Shown here: one piece after another, positions 39,741-53,949 of the stretch
Numbering within the stretch: the first letter of the stretch is position 1
How the letters are laid out: every line of letters begins with the position of its first letter
Assembly: GCA_023213395.1 (NCBI GenBank)
Contig: CM041465.1
Location: 193,695,741-193,759,740 of the forward strand
Length of the DNA: 64,000 bases
Origin: Cycas panzhihuaensis
Lineage: Eukaryota > Plantae > Cycadophyta
Reading direction: 5' to 3'
Notes under the pieces: generated by a model
What the model saw: the letters and a program-made list of their open reading frames with translations, nothing else
What the model was told of the DNA's origin: nothing
Database searches by the model: none
Program-made: the position numbers and the translations under genes

Positions 39741-42700
39741 TAAGAAGTTTGTTTATTTCTATTTAAAAACATATGATTCTTTTTATTTTAAAATCAATTA
39801 ATGCATACTAAGATGATTTTGTGAATTAGATCTATTAACAAGATTAGTACTTTCACTAGGTAATTATTTTTTCAGTCACCTTCATAACTTTTTAATCTAC
39901 AAATAAACCTCAACACTCCCAATATGGCATTAATACCAGGGATAGTCACCTGCATTCCAATTCTAGTATTAACCAGCTTAAACTATGCCAACTAGAGGAA
40001 TCACATATCCCATCAGCTCAAACAGCAAAACGTATGGCAATATATGATAAGTGAATTCCAAAAACCAAAAGTAGATGCTACTGAGAGACTTATGGTATAT
40101 CTGATGAACTCAGATGCTGCATTAGACACCATATTAAACTCACTCTCACCAAAAATCAGTCGACAATTTTCTGAAAAAGATGACTTAGCCACTGTCTGGA
40201 AAAACCTTGGAAGAAAAATATGACAATGTTGATACACATCAAATAGCTATCCTAGAAGAGCAATTGTATAATCTGACTTTTGATGACTTTATAAATGTTG
40301 AGGATTTTTGAACTAAAATCCAATCAATTAATAAAGATCTAGATAACTACATTAAATCTAAAACCAAAGAAGGTGATATAGAAAAAATAACTACGCATGT
40401 TAAAGATGATGACACCCTCATATGTCTTGTAGTTAACAAATTACCAAAACACTTTAATCTTTACCAAGCTACCAGACAACAAGCTGGCAATCCACCTATC
40501 ACATTCAATCAATTGATAAACCAGCTGATTGAACATCAGACAATATTAATTAGAATAGGTGCAATAAAAGATCATTTACAGGCTTTGTTTTCTAAAATGT
40601 ACTTCTTAAAACATGAAGTAAGTAACTTGCTTGAAAGAAAGAAAGTTAAAAGATATATGTATGCTTTTTTAAATGAATACTTTAATGCAAAATAACTTAA
40701 CCAAGAAATAAGATCAAGATTTTGTTATGCAAACTTTATCTTTCAAATGAGGAAGCTCCTTATAAAAATAACTTTAAACAACTTTCAATGACTATATGCA
40801 CCTTCAATGAGGTTATTTCAATGAATAAATAACAAGATATAGGTAAATGAATTAAGGAGATGATCTTTTCAAATACTCAAATACTCTTTCAATCGAGGAG
40901 ATGAACCCTTCAATCTTCTTTCAACAAGATGGCTAATTGATGCTTAAAGCCAATAAGATTTAAAATAAAGGCCAATGTATAGCTTATAATCTTTTCTAAA
41001 ATGATGAATAAAATGGATTATAATACTTTTATCAAGGATGCATATGAGAGGCCTTATAATAAAAGATGATCTATATAAGGATGAAATGATATCCTTCAAT
41101 AAAAGAAGCTTTAAAGCTTGTAAGAATCGAAGAATAATAACTAACAACTTATGAAATATAATGTACTTATATGATTTTAAGAAATATGAAGGCCTTAAAG
41201 CAAATAAAAAATTCTTTAAATTATGAAATAATGAGCTCAAATTACATAATATTACTTGAAAATGTTTTTAGATGTAATATATATAAAAGGAAAGTGAGCT
41301 CTTTAGTTGGATTCTTTTATAAATAAGATGCATCTTTAAAGCATTCAAGAAGAAAAATAGCCTTAAATAGGCATAAATACTCAAAGAAAATTCCTTAAAC
41401 AAGTAAAAAAGTCACTTAGATTTACATTTATATGTAATAGAAAGAAATTAATAAGGTAAGAGGTACCCAATTATAACTTTTGAATGCAACAGGACTCCTA
41501 CTACTCTAGAAGCCAAAAGAGATGCTAAAAGGCTATAAAATAGCTTTTAGATCTTTTAAACACTAGTAAATATCATTAATAATTAGTTAGGATAAAAATA
41601 TCAATTAAATATATTTAGTTGGAAAGAAATTTTGGCTTAAAATATATTTAAAAGTGTCTAACTAGGATTGAAATAAAGGCTTCAATTTAAGGATATTAAT
41701 GACCTATAAAATGATGTTAGAATAAGATGAAACCTATTATGTTATAAAGAGCTCTAAAAATTATTTCCAGCAGTTTAGACATCTTGAGAAATGAAGCTGT
41801 AGAACTTAAGTTATTGACAAAATAGTGAAAAGACCTATTTATGGCTAATGAAATATGAGCAATAAATGAATGTCAAATTTAAAATAATCAAACTCTATAA
41901 ATAATGGTTCAAATCAAGAAAATAAGGACTCCAAGCTATAGAGATTTGAATAAACTTTCTAAAATTTTAAACAATTTATAAATTAGATAAATGGTTACTG
42001 AGATATCACAGAAATAGCGCAAGTATCTTTTTTTTAGGCTTGTGTGACATATGAAAAAATGGCAAACTAAGGTAGGAGTGCAAAACCCTAATGGGAGATC
42101 AAATGGACTTAGAATAAGATGAAGTTTTAGAGAAAGGGTTATAACGATGAGAGGTACCTAGTAGATATAAAAATTTTGAAAAATAATCTTATATTAAGGA
42201 GAATGAAGATGTGGAAGCCTAGGGGATTGCAGGAGCTCAACTAAGAAAAATAAAGCCTAAAACCACCTCAAATCTCTTCTAACAAGAATTAAGAATAGGT
42301 TTAGGACTTCCAAAATGACATATAAAGCTCTAACAAGAAGAAATAATTAATATTAGGGTTGTAGTGAATGAAAAATATGATTTTTCATTCGTTTTCTTCA
42401 GAAAACTTAGATCTAAACCTTAGATGAGTGCAAATAAGTGAATAAGCTACTACAAGTGGCTGTAAATGACTAGAAATATTGGGATAAATATGCACACTAT
42501 AGCTATAAAAATCTAAAGAAAACCATGATTAAATGGATTGTATGTATCAAAAGTAGTAAAAAAATAGCTAAATATTAACAAAAAACTATATAAAAATGTT
42601 AGTAAATTTTATAAAATTGATAAAATATTAATGTAAATGCTTGTCATGAAGTGAAATTAATGCTCTAATATAGGTGGTCAAGATCTGGACTCTAATACCA

Positions 42701-42897
42701 TGTTAGAATTGCTCAAAGTGCTCTAATATAGGTGGCCAAAATCTACGCTCTAATACCATGTTAGAATTTCATCACAACTTTGATACAATGTTAGAATTTA
42801 TAAAAGTAGTAGGTACAATCATGTAAATCAAGACATATTCAAAGTACACTTGTGAAATAGCATTATATTAACTCATTGTGAAGAGAGTACATAAGAA

Positions 42898-43453
42898 CTT
42901 TTTGGCATTATATGGGTATGAACTACCATCTCTTAGGAACTATGCCATAGAAATTTCTAGAGTTCAAGTAGTGGATGACTATTTACAACAAACCATAGAG
43001 ATACTTAAGATATTAATGGAAAACCTGAACTTAGCTTGTAACTAAGTAAAACAATAAGCATATAAATGAAGAAACGAATGGGAGTTCCAACTAGGAGATT
43101 GGGTTTATTTATGTTTGCAACCATGCAAGCAAACTTCATTTAAAAGAAATGGTAAACATAAGTTAGATCCAAAGTTTTGTGGGCCCTATAAGGTCCTTAA
43201 ATAAGTGGGAGAAGTGGATTATACCTTAGAGTTTCCTATAACATCTAAAATCCTTAATGTTTTCTATGTATCTAGTCTTAAAGGGATAATTGGATAACAT
43301 TTGTAAGTACAAACAAAATTACTAATACTCGATAATGAAGGGAGGCTCCAACTAATACTTAAATTAATTTTGGAGGAAAGGGTTAGGCACTTGTACTCTT
43401 AATACATTAAAGTGTATCTCATCAAATGGAAGAAATTAACATAAGATAATTCA
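42898..43453 (+). mobile_element. Chromovirus integrase C-terminus and partial chromodomain (family of A)
   Basis: ALYGYE..; WVYLCLQPCKQ; KLDPKFCGPYKVL; VYLIKWKKL. Homologous to 4750-5310. Confidence 0.88.
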
Positions 43454-44685
43454 TGTTATATAACATTCTAAGGTTAGCAGCACAAGAACATCCTATCACA
43501 TGGAGAAGGTTAAGGCTAAACCATAACCACATGACTAAGGAAGAGAAGGTTAAGAATAATTATTAATTTATGTGCACTAGCCACATAACTCTACTAATAG
43601 GATCACAGGGCCTGTGGGGCTACTAATAAGATGTTAGGATTAGTAGTCATTTTTGCCTATATAAAGCCAAATAATTATTTAAAAAAAAAAACACTTATGC
43701 TATTTTTGAGATTATGCAAGAGTATATTTCCTTTCGGTGATCATTAAGTTTCCTAACTTTCCATTGATGTATTTGTGTTTTAAAAATTATAATAAAAGAT
43801 CTTTTGAGATCTTAAATATTTTCCAAGGTGTTTTTTAGTACAACTTAAGGATTTAGAATGCTCCAAGTGGTATCAGAGCCATGTTTATAATCATGAGGAG
43901 CTATTCAAAAGCCAAAAAAAACAAGATTCTTTTTTTTTTTCCTTACCAAATCAAGTACTCTCTTTATCCAAGTAGAGATTGAGGAAAGGCCTTCTCTTAG
44001 TACTCTCTCCTTATAGAGATTAAGGAATATAACCTACACCATTCAAGAGTCATAGAAGAAGGGAAATTCTTTTCCCATAGGTAATGTCTAGCACTTCCTT
44101 TTGCCTTCTTTGTGTTTACTTGAGTTCAATTATTTTATTTCAATTTTTGTATTGCAGGCATTAATCCAAGGGTAGATAACTCTATTTTGTACCTAACTTT
44201 CTCCCTCGTATCCTTTATTTCTAGGTAGATAACTCTTTATGCTAGCTACCCAAAGTAGTTAGGTAAAGACCTTGCACCGAGGATCAATAAACATCATATG
44301 GATCTATCATTTTGGCTAAGCATACCATGGCTTTTTTGGCTCTTATAAGAAATACTAGAGACAACATTCTTGAACCAAGCACTAGATAGAACCTAACTAT
44401 AGAACTACAACTCTATGTACCCTTGGGTATATAGGAGAACACCCTATAGGCCTCTTTTCTCCATCCTAGCATAGGTAATCTTGCAATCATTTATCCTCTA
44501 TAGTGCATAGGTTAGTAGTTAGTGCTCGGAAGTTATTCTGGTTGAATACCTTTATATGATTGTAGACCTTATAAAGATAGTTATTCCTTTGTAGGTAATA
44601 CCCTGAGATATTGGGTTAAGCTACAATATTAATAGAGAAGTTTATTACAAAGCCTATATAATCAAACATGTCTCTATTAAGTGTC
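43454..44685 (+). mobile_element. 5' LTR, PBS and leader of a chromovirus related to A
   Basis: LTR 43454 (TGTTATA) to 43865 (..CTCCA); PBS TGGTATCAGAGCC 43868-43880; leader blocks at 44165-44670 are homologous to 50-450. Confidence 0.85.
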
Positions 44686-45290
44686 TGTTAGGCATCCCTT
44701 GTTAGATAATGTGACAACAATGGTTTGAAGGCTAAAATTTTAATAGGTTGGTAATGCGGTTTCCCCTCTAAACCTTCCTCATGGGTTCCAAGGGGGACGG
44801 GAGCCCCCCTTGGCTAGGGGGGTGTGGGGGGCATGGAATTCCCCCCACAAGGAGAGGGTTCAAGGGAAATAAACCCCAACCCAAAAAGATAGCACTCGAA
44901 AGTATATTAAATTGTAAAGAGAATTAGGGTCATTTGTTCAAAATACCCTAGATTCTACGGTCGAGATTTGTGCCTTGTATGACTCTCTCACGTAGTCTAA
45001 TTTAGGGAAATTTTCATCATGTTGATGGTGTTCAATGTATTATATGTACTATGAGGAGTTGGGTGGCTGGTTGTTGTTGCTATGAGTACTTTATTATAGA
45101 TTGTGTATATTTTCTCCATTCCTTGACAATAAAGATTGATACCTTTCCTATGTGGATGTTTCCCTAGCATACTGCTAGGGTTTTACCATGTTATATCAGG
45201 TGTATATGTGATGCTTGGCTTTCTTGTTTATTTTATTATATTATCTATGGTTTAAGAACTTACATATTAAATTTTAGTTTTGATTCCTAT
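44686..45290 (+). repeat. LTR-like segment with a GC-rich G/C-tract core
   Basis: Begins TGTTAGG, has G/C-run hairpin-like motifs at 44780-44880 and a polyA-signal-like CAATAAA at ~45128. No TSD found. Confidence 0.5.
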
Positions 45291-46015
45291 AACTAGTTGC
45301 AAGAATAGTTTAGATCTTGGTGGTGATTTTAGGTTATTAAGACCTTGTCTTCTCAACATCCCTAAAGGTAACATCGAGCATGTGATGCTACAAGAATAGC
45401 CTATAAAGTAAGGGTTATAACTTTCTAAATATTGATCATATTTAAAAATAGCCTAAATAGGTAAGTTAATTATAAAAAAAATAAAAAAACATCCATAGTA
45501 AAAAAATTACCACTAAAATTCATATATCTTATTTTGATTAACATGTTGTATTGGTCATTTTGCAATAGGTTAGTTTCCATATATAATTTTCATGATTAAT
45601 GATACCTAGGTCGCTTACTTGAAAACTAATATTAAAATTTATCTATCCTATTTTAATCACCATATGGTACTGACAAAGATTTACTAGGTTAGTTTTAATT
45701 GTTAACTTTTAGGAAAAATGACATATAGGTACCATAAGGGCCCCACTAGCACATATTCTTGATTATAACTCATGTACCTCATTTTGATGAGTTCTTTACA
45801 CTTATCCTAATACATTAGGTGGCTTTATTTTCTTAAAATTTAGGATCAACAATCTACAACACCCCAATACCCCTATTTCCCCTTTTTCCTTGTCCCTTTT
45901 CTCATACATCCCTACCTTTTTAAACCGCATATTCTATTTAGTCTATCCCACCTCTATTATTCTCTTCTTATTGCTACATCCCACTTCACCATATCTATTT
46001 CTTATTGACTTCCAT

Positions 46016-49000
46016 GATGGCACCAACCAACCAAGATGAGTATATTTCTAATTTAGAAGTTAATGTTGCATCACTTTAAGAGAAGCTAAGAAAAATAGTT
46101 CATAGAGTTCTCAAGGTAGCTCACCAATATGACACAATAATTTCAAGCCTTTAATGCATATATATCATCAATAGTTATGTCCAACACTTCCAAAGATGAT
46201 GCCTCTTAGAGTGGAGTCCCACTACATACTTTGTTTGTCAACCAACTTTTAATCACAAAATTAATATATTCATCTTTGACCCAGACCTCAACAAAGATGC
46301 TACTTACACCCACATTAACAAGTTGGACTTCTATATTTTGCTTAACTTGATGTCTTGGACTAATCAATTGATATTCACTTCCATTTACATAGAGGGTAAA
46401 GCACATCACTAGTATAAATGGTGGGCTTGGGAATACCATGCCACCCAAACATAGGATGTCTTCTATAAGTGTTTCTTTGAGAAATATAAAGAAACTTAGA
46501 GTTAATCACTTTTTAGTTGGTTTACCTAGCTTAGATAATCTACCTTAGTAGAAGCCTAAACAAATGAATTTCAAGACCTTCATAGTTGAGTCACTCAATA
46601 TATTGATATGAAAATACTCATTAAAACCTATATAGTTGGACTAAAAGATCACATAAAAATATGACTCAAAACCATCTCTCCTCTCAACCTTAGGGATGCC
46701 ATTAATACAATAAAGCTAATGGAAACAAAATTTGTAAAATAACAAACAATCAACTTTAGAAGAGAATCAACATGGTCTAGTCATCTAAGGCAATCTAATC
46801 CTTACAGGTCCCTAAGGTTATGATCAAATAACTACATAGGACAACTAGCAAAAGGCGTAATAGAATGACCAATAAAACATTTCCTAATAGAAATAACATT
46901 AGTAAGAGTTCCTAATTTTAAGGTAAATAGGTACAGGGTAACTAGCCTCTGCACTTAATGCACAAAAAAATAATATTCACCATCAACCCTAATTTTGATT
47001 TAGAGGATGAAACTAGAGAAGAGTCCCTACTAGAATCCCCTTACCCACTTAAACCTAAACCTACCCCTAAACCTTCTTTATCCACTGTTTCCTCCTTTAC
47101 TTTTCCTAATGTACCATGCGTAAGAGGGACTCTAAAGAATATACCTATCACAATCTTAATTGATAGTGGTGCATCACTCAACCTTTTTGATATTGAAGTC
47201 ACCAAATAGTTAAACCTCTATACTGAACCAAAAATAGGATTTAATTGCTTCCTCCCTAGACATTATAGCCTCCAATATGCTAGAGTTATCTGTAATCTTC
47301 AAGTTTAGATTGGCACCTATCACCTCTTATATGACTTTTATGTCTTATCTATTGGAGGCTCAAATGTGATATTTGGCATCTAATAGATCAAGACCTTAAG
47401 CACTTATAGTACTAATAATGCTCCACATAATCAATTTATAATGTCTAAAGACTAATTTAGACAAACTCATAAATTATATGGTCTCCAATCCCCACCTAAC
47501 AAATTGATCTCTCCTAAATAAATGAGTTAGCAACTTAATGGGAGTCTTAATTACATTGTTAGAATCAATAATATTTAACCATAACCAAAAGTCCATCCAG
47601 ATATCTAATTAATCCTTAGTAAGTACCAATCTATTTTTAATCCTCTACTAGGAAGCCCTCTCCCTGATCATGGACTCTCACATTACTGAATTAAAGCATC
47701 CACATAATCCTAGACATGAATATTATCTAGCCTAGTAAAAGCCCTTATACCACATTAATTATACTCATTCAAAAAAAAAGAAAGTTCTGTTTAACCATGT
47801 GTCAATTATAGAGAACTAAATAAACTCACCATTAAGAATAAATTTCTAACCCCCTCCCCAACCCTCCCCCCCACCCCTATAAATTGATGATATATTGGAT
47901 AAAATTCATGGGGCCATGTTCTTATAACTTGACTTATAATCAAGATATTACTAAATTCCTCTTACACTTGAGGACAAGCATAAAATAGCTTTTCAAACCT
48001 ACTAAGTCATGTCCTTTAGGTTATGTAATGTCCCTGCTACCTTTTAAGCCTTGATGAATAAAATATTTACACCCTACCTTCACAAATTTATCCTTATTTT
48101 CTTTGATAATATCCTCATCTATAGTACTACCATGACCCTTCATGTCTAACATTTGGAGTATACCCTATATATTCTTGAGTAAAACCAACTATATGCCAAA
48201 ATATCTAAATATAAAATTGGCAAAATAGATTTATAATATATACGGCACACTATATCTATGGAAGGTATTAGAGTTGATCCTAAAAACATCTCAGTCATAT
48301 ACAATGGGCCACATTGGAAAACCTTACTCAATTATGGGCTTTCCTTAGATTAATTTGATTTTATCATCACTTTGTCAAAAATTATATTGTTATAGTAGCT
48401 GCTTTGACAAACTTGCTATTCAAAGATTCATTCTAATGGTCACCTAGCACTACCAATGCTTTTAACCATCTAAAAATACTAATATCCTCTATGTTAATCC
48501 TCATCATCCCCGATTTCTCACAACCTTTTTAGATAGAATGCAATGCCTCTAAAGTTAGGATAAAAGCTATCCTTGTGCAAAATTCCCATCCCACCATGCT
48601 TGAGGGCTAAAAGCTCAAAGACCATGAGTGTTGCCTTTCAACATATTAAAAGGAAATGTGGGTTATTCTCCACATAGTAGATAAGTAATGCCAATATCTA
48701 ATTGGTTTTAAGTTTACCATCCTAACTAACCACCATAGCCTCTAATGCCTACTAGACCAACTAGTTTTGTCAGAAGAATAAACCAAGTGGTCGATAAACT
48801 TCAAGTTTTTGACTTCTCAATTACTTATAAAAAGTGCAAGGACAATGTGGTCATGGATGCTCTTTTTAATCTTCCATCTAACCCAGGAATTGAAGACATC
48901 TCCCTCCTATAACCCTCTTGGCTAGATGGCCTTATCTATAGTAATGAATTACAAGATGACTTTACCATATGGACTAATAAAGTCTAGAATCATAAATACT

Positions 49001-50340
49001 AGACTTTGTATAATAATTGCCTTCTATATTAAAATTACATTTGTGTCCACACAGTATCACCATTTATCTCTTGCATCCTAGCTGAATACCATAATAGCCC
49101 CCATGGAAGTCATTCTAAGTTTGATAAAACATATTGTTGAATCTCATTAGACTTTTACTGGCCCCACATGAAGCCCACTATCCTCATGTATGTCTCAGAA
49201 AATGAATCATACCAATTGAATAAGATTAATACCAAAGCCTAACCCAATCTCCTTCACCCATTAAAAATTCCCCAAGGTAAATGGTAAGATATTACCACGG
49301 ATTTTATTATTGGGCTACCATTATTTATAGGCTGTGACTCAATCTGGTTCATCATTGGCTACTTAACTATGTATGCTCACTTCTTCTTAATCCATACCAT
49401 TTGTAAAACCCCTTGACTGATTGACCTTTACATCCAATTTATCTTTTGTTTTCATAGCTTCCCCTCTACCATTATTTTTGATCATGATCCAAAATTCACA
49501 AGCATATTTTGGTAAGAACTTTTTCAAGCATTTGACACCTCTTTTAATATGAGCTCATTATGTCATCCATAAATTGATGGCCAATCTGAGGCCCTCAATA
49601 AAACATTGGAAACATACTTGTATTATTTTGTATTAGACTATCAAAATTATTAGACTTCCTAGTTGGCACTAATAGAATATTAATATAACTCCTCCCATCA
49701 ATCTTCTATTAGAATGACCCCATTTATGGCCCTTTATAGATATCCCCTGCCATCTCACCATACATTGGTGACTAATCTTTAAATAGTTAGAGCACAAAAA
49801 AATTATAAGGCATGGATTAAATTTTATATACTCTGAAGCAAAACCTTGTAAAGACTCAAAATCAAATTAAGTAATTGATTGACTATCACCAATCTGATAG
49901 AGTATTTATTGTGGGTGATTTGGTCTTCTTTCATCTCCAGCCCTATAAGCAATAATCCCTATACCATCAGAAATCCCACAAGATAGGCCCTCATTACTAC
50001 AATCCCTATAAAGTTCTCTAAAAAATTAGTGAAATCACCTATGCCATTGACCTCCTCATTAACTCTAAAATTCACAATGTCTTTCATATGTTCTACTTAA
50101 AGAAGTACCTTAAAAAAGATTATGTCTATCAAACAACCTTTCCCATCCTTTAATACAAAGATGTCCTTATAATCCCTCTAATAGGCATTCTAGCTTCTCA
50201 CCAGTGTTATCTCTAGAATAGAACCATTTCTAAGTATTTAGTATAGTGGGCTTATTATGACCTTAATGAAGTAATATGGGAGTCATAAGAATTTATCTAG
50301 CAACACCTACACCTTCAAAACTTAAGGGACTCAACATCTT
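46016..50340 (+). mobile_element. Ty3/gypsy chromovirus gag-pol (second family), degenerate
   Basis: gag from ~46016; protease ILIDSGASLNLF ~47150-47190; RT (IHGAMF.., FFDNILIYS) ~47750-48400; RNase H (IECNASKV..) ~48500-48870; integrase (ITTDFIIGLP) ~49080-50100; chromodomain KYLV*W..VIWE ~50230-50285. Confidence 0.92.
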
Positions 50341-53300
50341 AGAATCGCTTCTATGGGATGGAAACTACACCTGGTTAGGATTAGGACTATCGATAGAAGG
50401 CTCCGGCGTAAAGGGGTCAATCCAACAAGTAAAAGGAAGCACCCAAATAATACATCCGTGAGTTATAACGCAAGTTCAGGACCTATAAATAGTGCACAAC
50501 TTTCTCTAGGTAACTTAGTCTTTAATTCTAGAGGGTAGTGTAAGCAAGGAATATCCTCGGCTACCCAAGTAACCTCAAAATAGGGGTCTTTCCACCCTTT
50601 GATGGCCAGAAGGGGAAGGCAAGACCCAACGAAGAAGCGGATCCTCATGGAAGATGAAGGGATGTAGATGGGATGTGTGTAAGTATGTGGTGAGAGGTAT
50701 CCATTCATAAGGGTGGTGTTAGACAACCACCTTACGTGTGAAAACAACCCAAAGGAGGGAGTGATAAGGTTATAAGTTGGTATAGGTATGATGGGGTAAA
50801 AGGAGAAGATCTTAGGGGATGAGTCCTCCTCAAACTAACCCACCTAAAGGGAGTGTTGGAGGAATAAAGAATAGTGGTAGAAGAAGTTCCCACCACTCTA
50901 TGTATGAGGGAGTCTACCTCCTATGTGCAATAATGGAACAATGACTAAATGTTTGTGTATGCAAATGAGAGGTAAGTGAAGTATGCATATGTGAAAGATA
51001 ATAAATACACCTTTTTTTTCTCATTTTCTCTTAAATACAAATCCTCGCTCTCATTCCACTTTAATCAAGGGAAAGGGAAAGAAAAGAGATAAACTAATCA
51101 ATCATACAAAATGTATGGTAATGACATAAACCCTAGGGGGTTGTATGCAATCAAACGGAAAGAAGAAAGGGGATATCTCCTATCAAATGCTCTTTTCTAA
51201 AGTGTAAGTTAGTATGCAAATGAATGGTGAAAGTTGGTTCTCTTTTACCTTTTTCCTTTATGTTCTTTTCATGCAAATATATGAACTAAAAAAAAGGCAA
51301 AAAAAGACCTACAAAAGGAAGGCAGTGTACTTGGAGAGATGATGTAGCTGAAATAAAGTTTTCATCTTGTGCCACACTTGCTTCTTCTTTTCCCTCTCCC
51401 AACACACGAGCGACGTAGGGGCTCCCTTATCTCCCCTAAAACAAAATGAAGAAAGCAAGAAAAAACATAAAGGAAAAGGAACTATACAAAGGCTGAAGTA
51501 ACCAAGGAAAAGAAAAGACAAGAAACGTACCCAGATTATTGTAATTTATCCTTCTTTGTAAATGACATGATAAATCTGCAATCACAAAGATTTTCTAGTC
51601 TTTTCCAAGGGGTTGTTACAATGCTGAGAAAATATATGCATATATATAATTGTAAAATGCTAAAAATACTACAAGTTAAAGTACTTCAAGTTAAGTGATC
51701 TTCCAACCTAAGAACAACTCTACATCTCCCAAAAACCAATAACACAAGATAAGGTATGGGGGAGGTTAGCCTCATAATGGCTAACCCTCCAACAAGTGCA
51801 CCTCCACGCTGCCCTTAGACATAAAAGATAATAGGTTGGGATAGCCTAATGGTAGCAAATAATAGGAGAAATAAACAACACAAGGTTTATAAATATTGCC
51901 TATATTGCAAGTGTGCTACGTACAATAAATTGTAACTTTAACCAAGCCCAGACCCAAGGTGGATGAGAGACAAAAAATTGCTAGAAAAACTGCTCAAGAG
52001 AGGCACACAAGCTTGGAAACATTGCAACAAGGGGCTACATACACTGATATCTAGCGTTGGCCAATTCTTAGAGACTCCCTGGTGGCTCAAGAAAGGCACA
52101 AGTGGAAGAGAGGAAAGAGGAGAAGGGGGTTGCCCTTTAGGAGCAGGCCTAGTTGGGTATGGAACCCACCTTGGCTCTTTTTTCTCACTCTTTTAGATCC
52201 TCTCTCATAGTCTCCTTGGAAAAAACTAGAAGAGGGTAGGAAGATGAAGAGGGAAGAAACAAAAGAAACTGAGGGACTACCTCCTGTATATATTAGAGAA
52301 TAAAGAAAGTAAATATATTCTCAATGATCTTACCTCTTATAAGATAGTTTAAAGGAAAGAAATGGAGTAAAAGTAAGATAATACCTTTTGAACTAAGTTA
52401 GAGACAGGTCTACCCATGAAAATAGTAGGAAATAACAGATTTAAGGTACTTACAGAGGGGTCCTTAGGAGGATACTGCAACCTAGAAACAAACTTGCTGA
52501 AACTTGTTAAAAGGCTGTGGAGGTGAAACTTAGAGTGAATCCTTACTTGAAAGATCTTGTTAGCGAGCCTGCTACCACAGATCTAAGCTAAAGAGGGTGG
52601 ATCTTAGGCTGGTGCATAGGGAACTCAAGTGTTGTAGGGCATTCATGCAGAAAACTGCATATGGAAGAAGGAGAAGAGAGGAGAGTAAGTGGAAGAAGAG
52701 ATGGAAAATGAGGTTCTTTTGGGCTTTATACCTAACACTAGGATGAATGGATGATTAGGGTTAGGGTAGGACCTAGGGGAAGTCGAAGCCATGTGGCAAT
52801 TTCATGAAAAACGTGAAATTTACCACAACAGATTTTAAAAAATATTAAGTGAAAGTCACCCCATGGCAAACTTCGTGGTACCATGACATTTTCTATAGTA
52901 CAGTGATAGATACAAAAACATGACAAAAATGGGTACCTAGGAGCCCTAAAATAGGGTACCCCAGGCCTAGGAGGGGTTGGCCCTCTGTCCAGATGGTTGG
53001 GGACAGTCATGTGAATAGGATGACCTAAACCAGATGGGGTACCAGAGTGACAAGATTCCTACGAAACTAATAACTAGAATAAAGATGTAACAATCACACT
53101 TAGTGGGGTGTTAAGGGCTGTGATGTGGTAAAGGGGTATGACGGATCACATGGGTCAAGTAATGCTTAGGACAACATGGAGGTGCATAGGAGGGTTATGG
53201 AGTTCCATGGGGATGCATGTCCCACTGATCATCATAGGCTGAAAGAGTATCAAACAATATGACCAAGCAACGGATGTAAGATGATTACTCAAATGTATCA

Positions 53301-53949
53301 GTCAGCCATGAAATGAATGGATGCTTTGGTTTATCTTTCTATAGAAGTAACAAAGGTAAATGCTAGAAATATACCTATACTTACCTGAGTTGACTTGCTA
53401 TGAACTCATTCCTTGTAGCTGGGAAACACTGCCCCCTTGGCAATAGAGCCTCGCAACTTAGAGGCATAATGCAATAGCGAATGTTGGCAACACAATGGTA
53501 GTAGCACATATATATATAAATAATCATAACAATGGTGTGAGCCAAGGGCAACGATGAGTGTTGTGGTAGAGTGCGTGGGTGTGGAGGCAAGGGCGAGACA
53601 ACATAGGGGCTGCTTATGTGTCATCGTATAGACATCAGGTAATGATAAGGGATGAGGGGTATGCCCCCATTATAAGAATAGGATGGATGGGTGGTGAAGA
53701 CCATACATAAGACCATACAGATCTTATGAACAAGGAATTATATACAGACATAAATCTAGAATAACAAGAATTATGTGCTAAGATGCTAAAGTAGAGTCAA
53801 GGAAACGAACCTAGTAGTCGCCATCATTTAACCTCATTAGTGGCTAACTTTCAGAGGTGTGAACAAATCGCGATGTAGAGTGCAAGATGACCTAAGACTT
53901 GGGTGAATGGACGACGAGACAAGTATCTCAAGGTGGGTCGCTAAGGAGA

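Larger units (their letters stand above)
36950..40590 (+). mobile_element. Ty1/copia I (LTR, PBS, long leader, gag); 3'-truncated, younger, related to B
   Basis: LTR ends TATCA at 37405; perfect PBS TGGTATCAGAGC 37406-37417; gag from ATG 39923 (..LNYAN*RNHI..QNVWQYM..) is homologous to 5740-6240. Left boundary approximate. Confidence 0.88.
35388..42897 (-). mobile_element. Non-autonomous gag-only (TR-GAG-like) element H
   Basis: Homologous terminal segments at 35388-35555 and 42759-42897. PBS (gctctaatacca) 42747-42758; PPT (tactcccccttaa) 35772-35784. A copia gag N-terminus starts at ATG 36485 and runs to the PPT with no pol. LTR boundaries are uncertain. Confidence 0.75.

Noticed and set aside
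53810-53824. Minus-strand TGGCGACTACTAGG resembling a tRNA-Arg PBS
   Set aside because: It is not preceded by a CA LTR end and lies just downstream of the aRH frame, so it is more likely coincidental or a relic.
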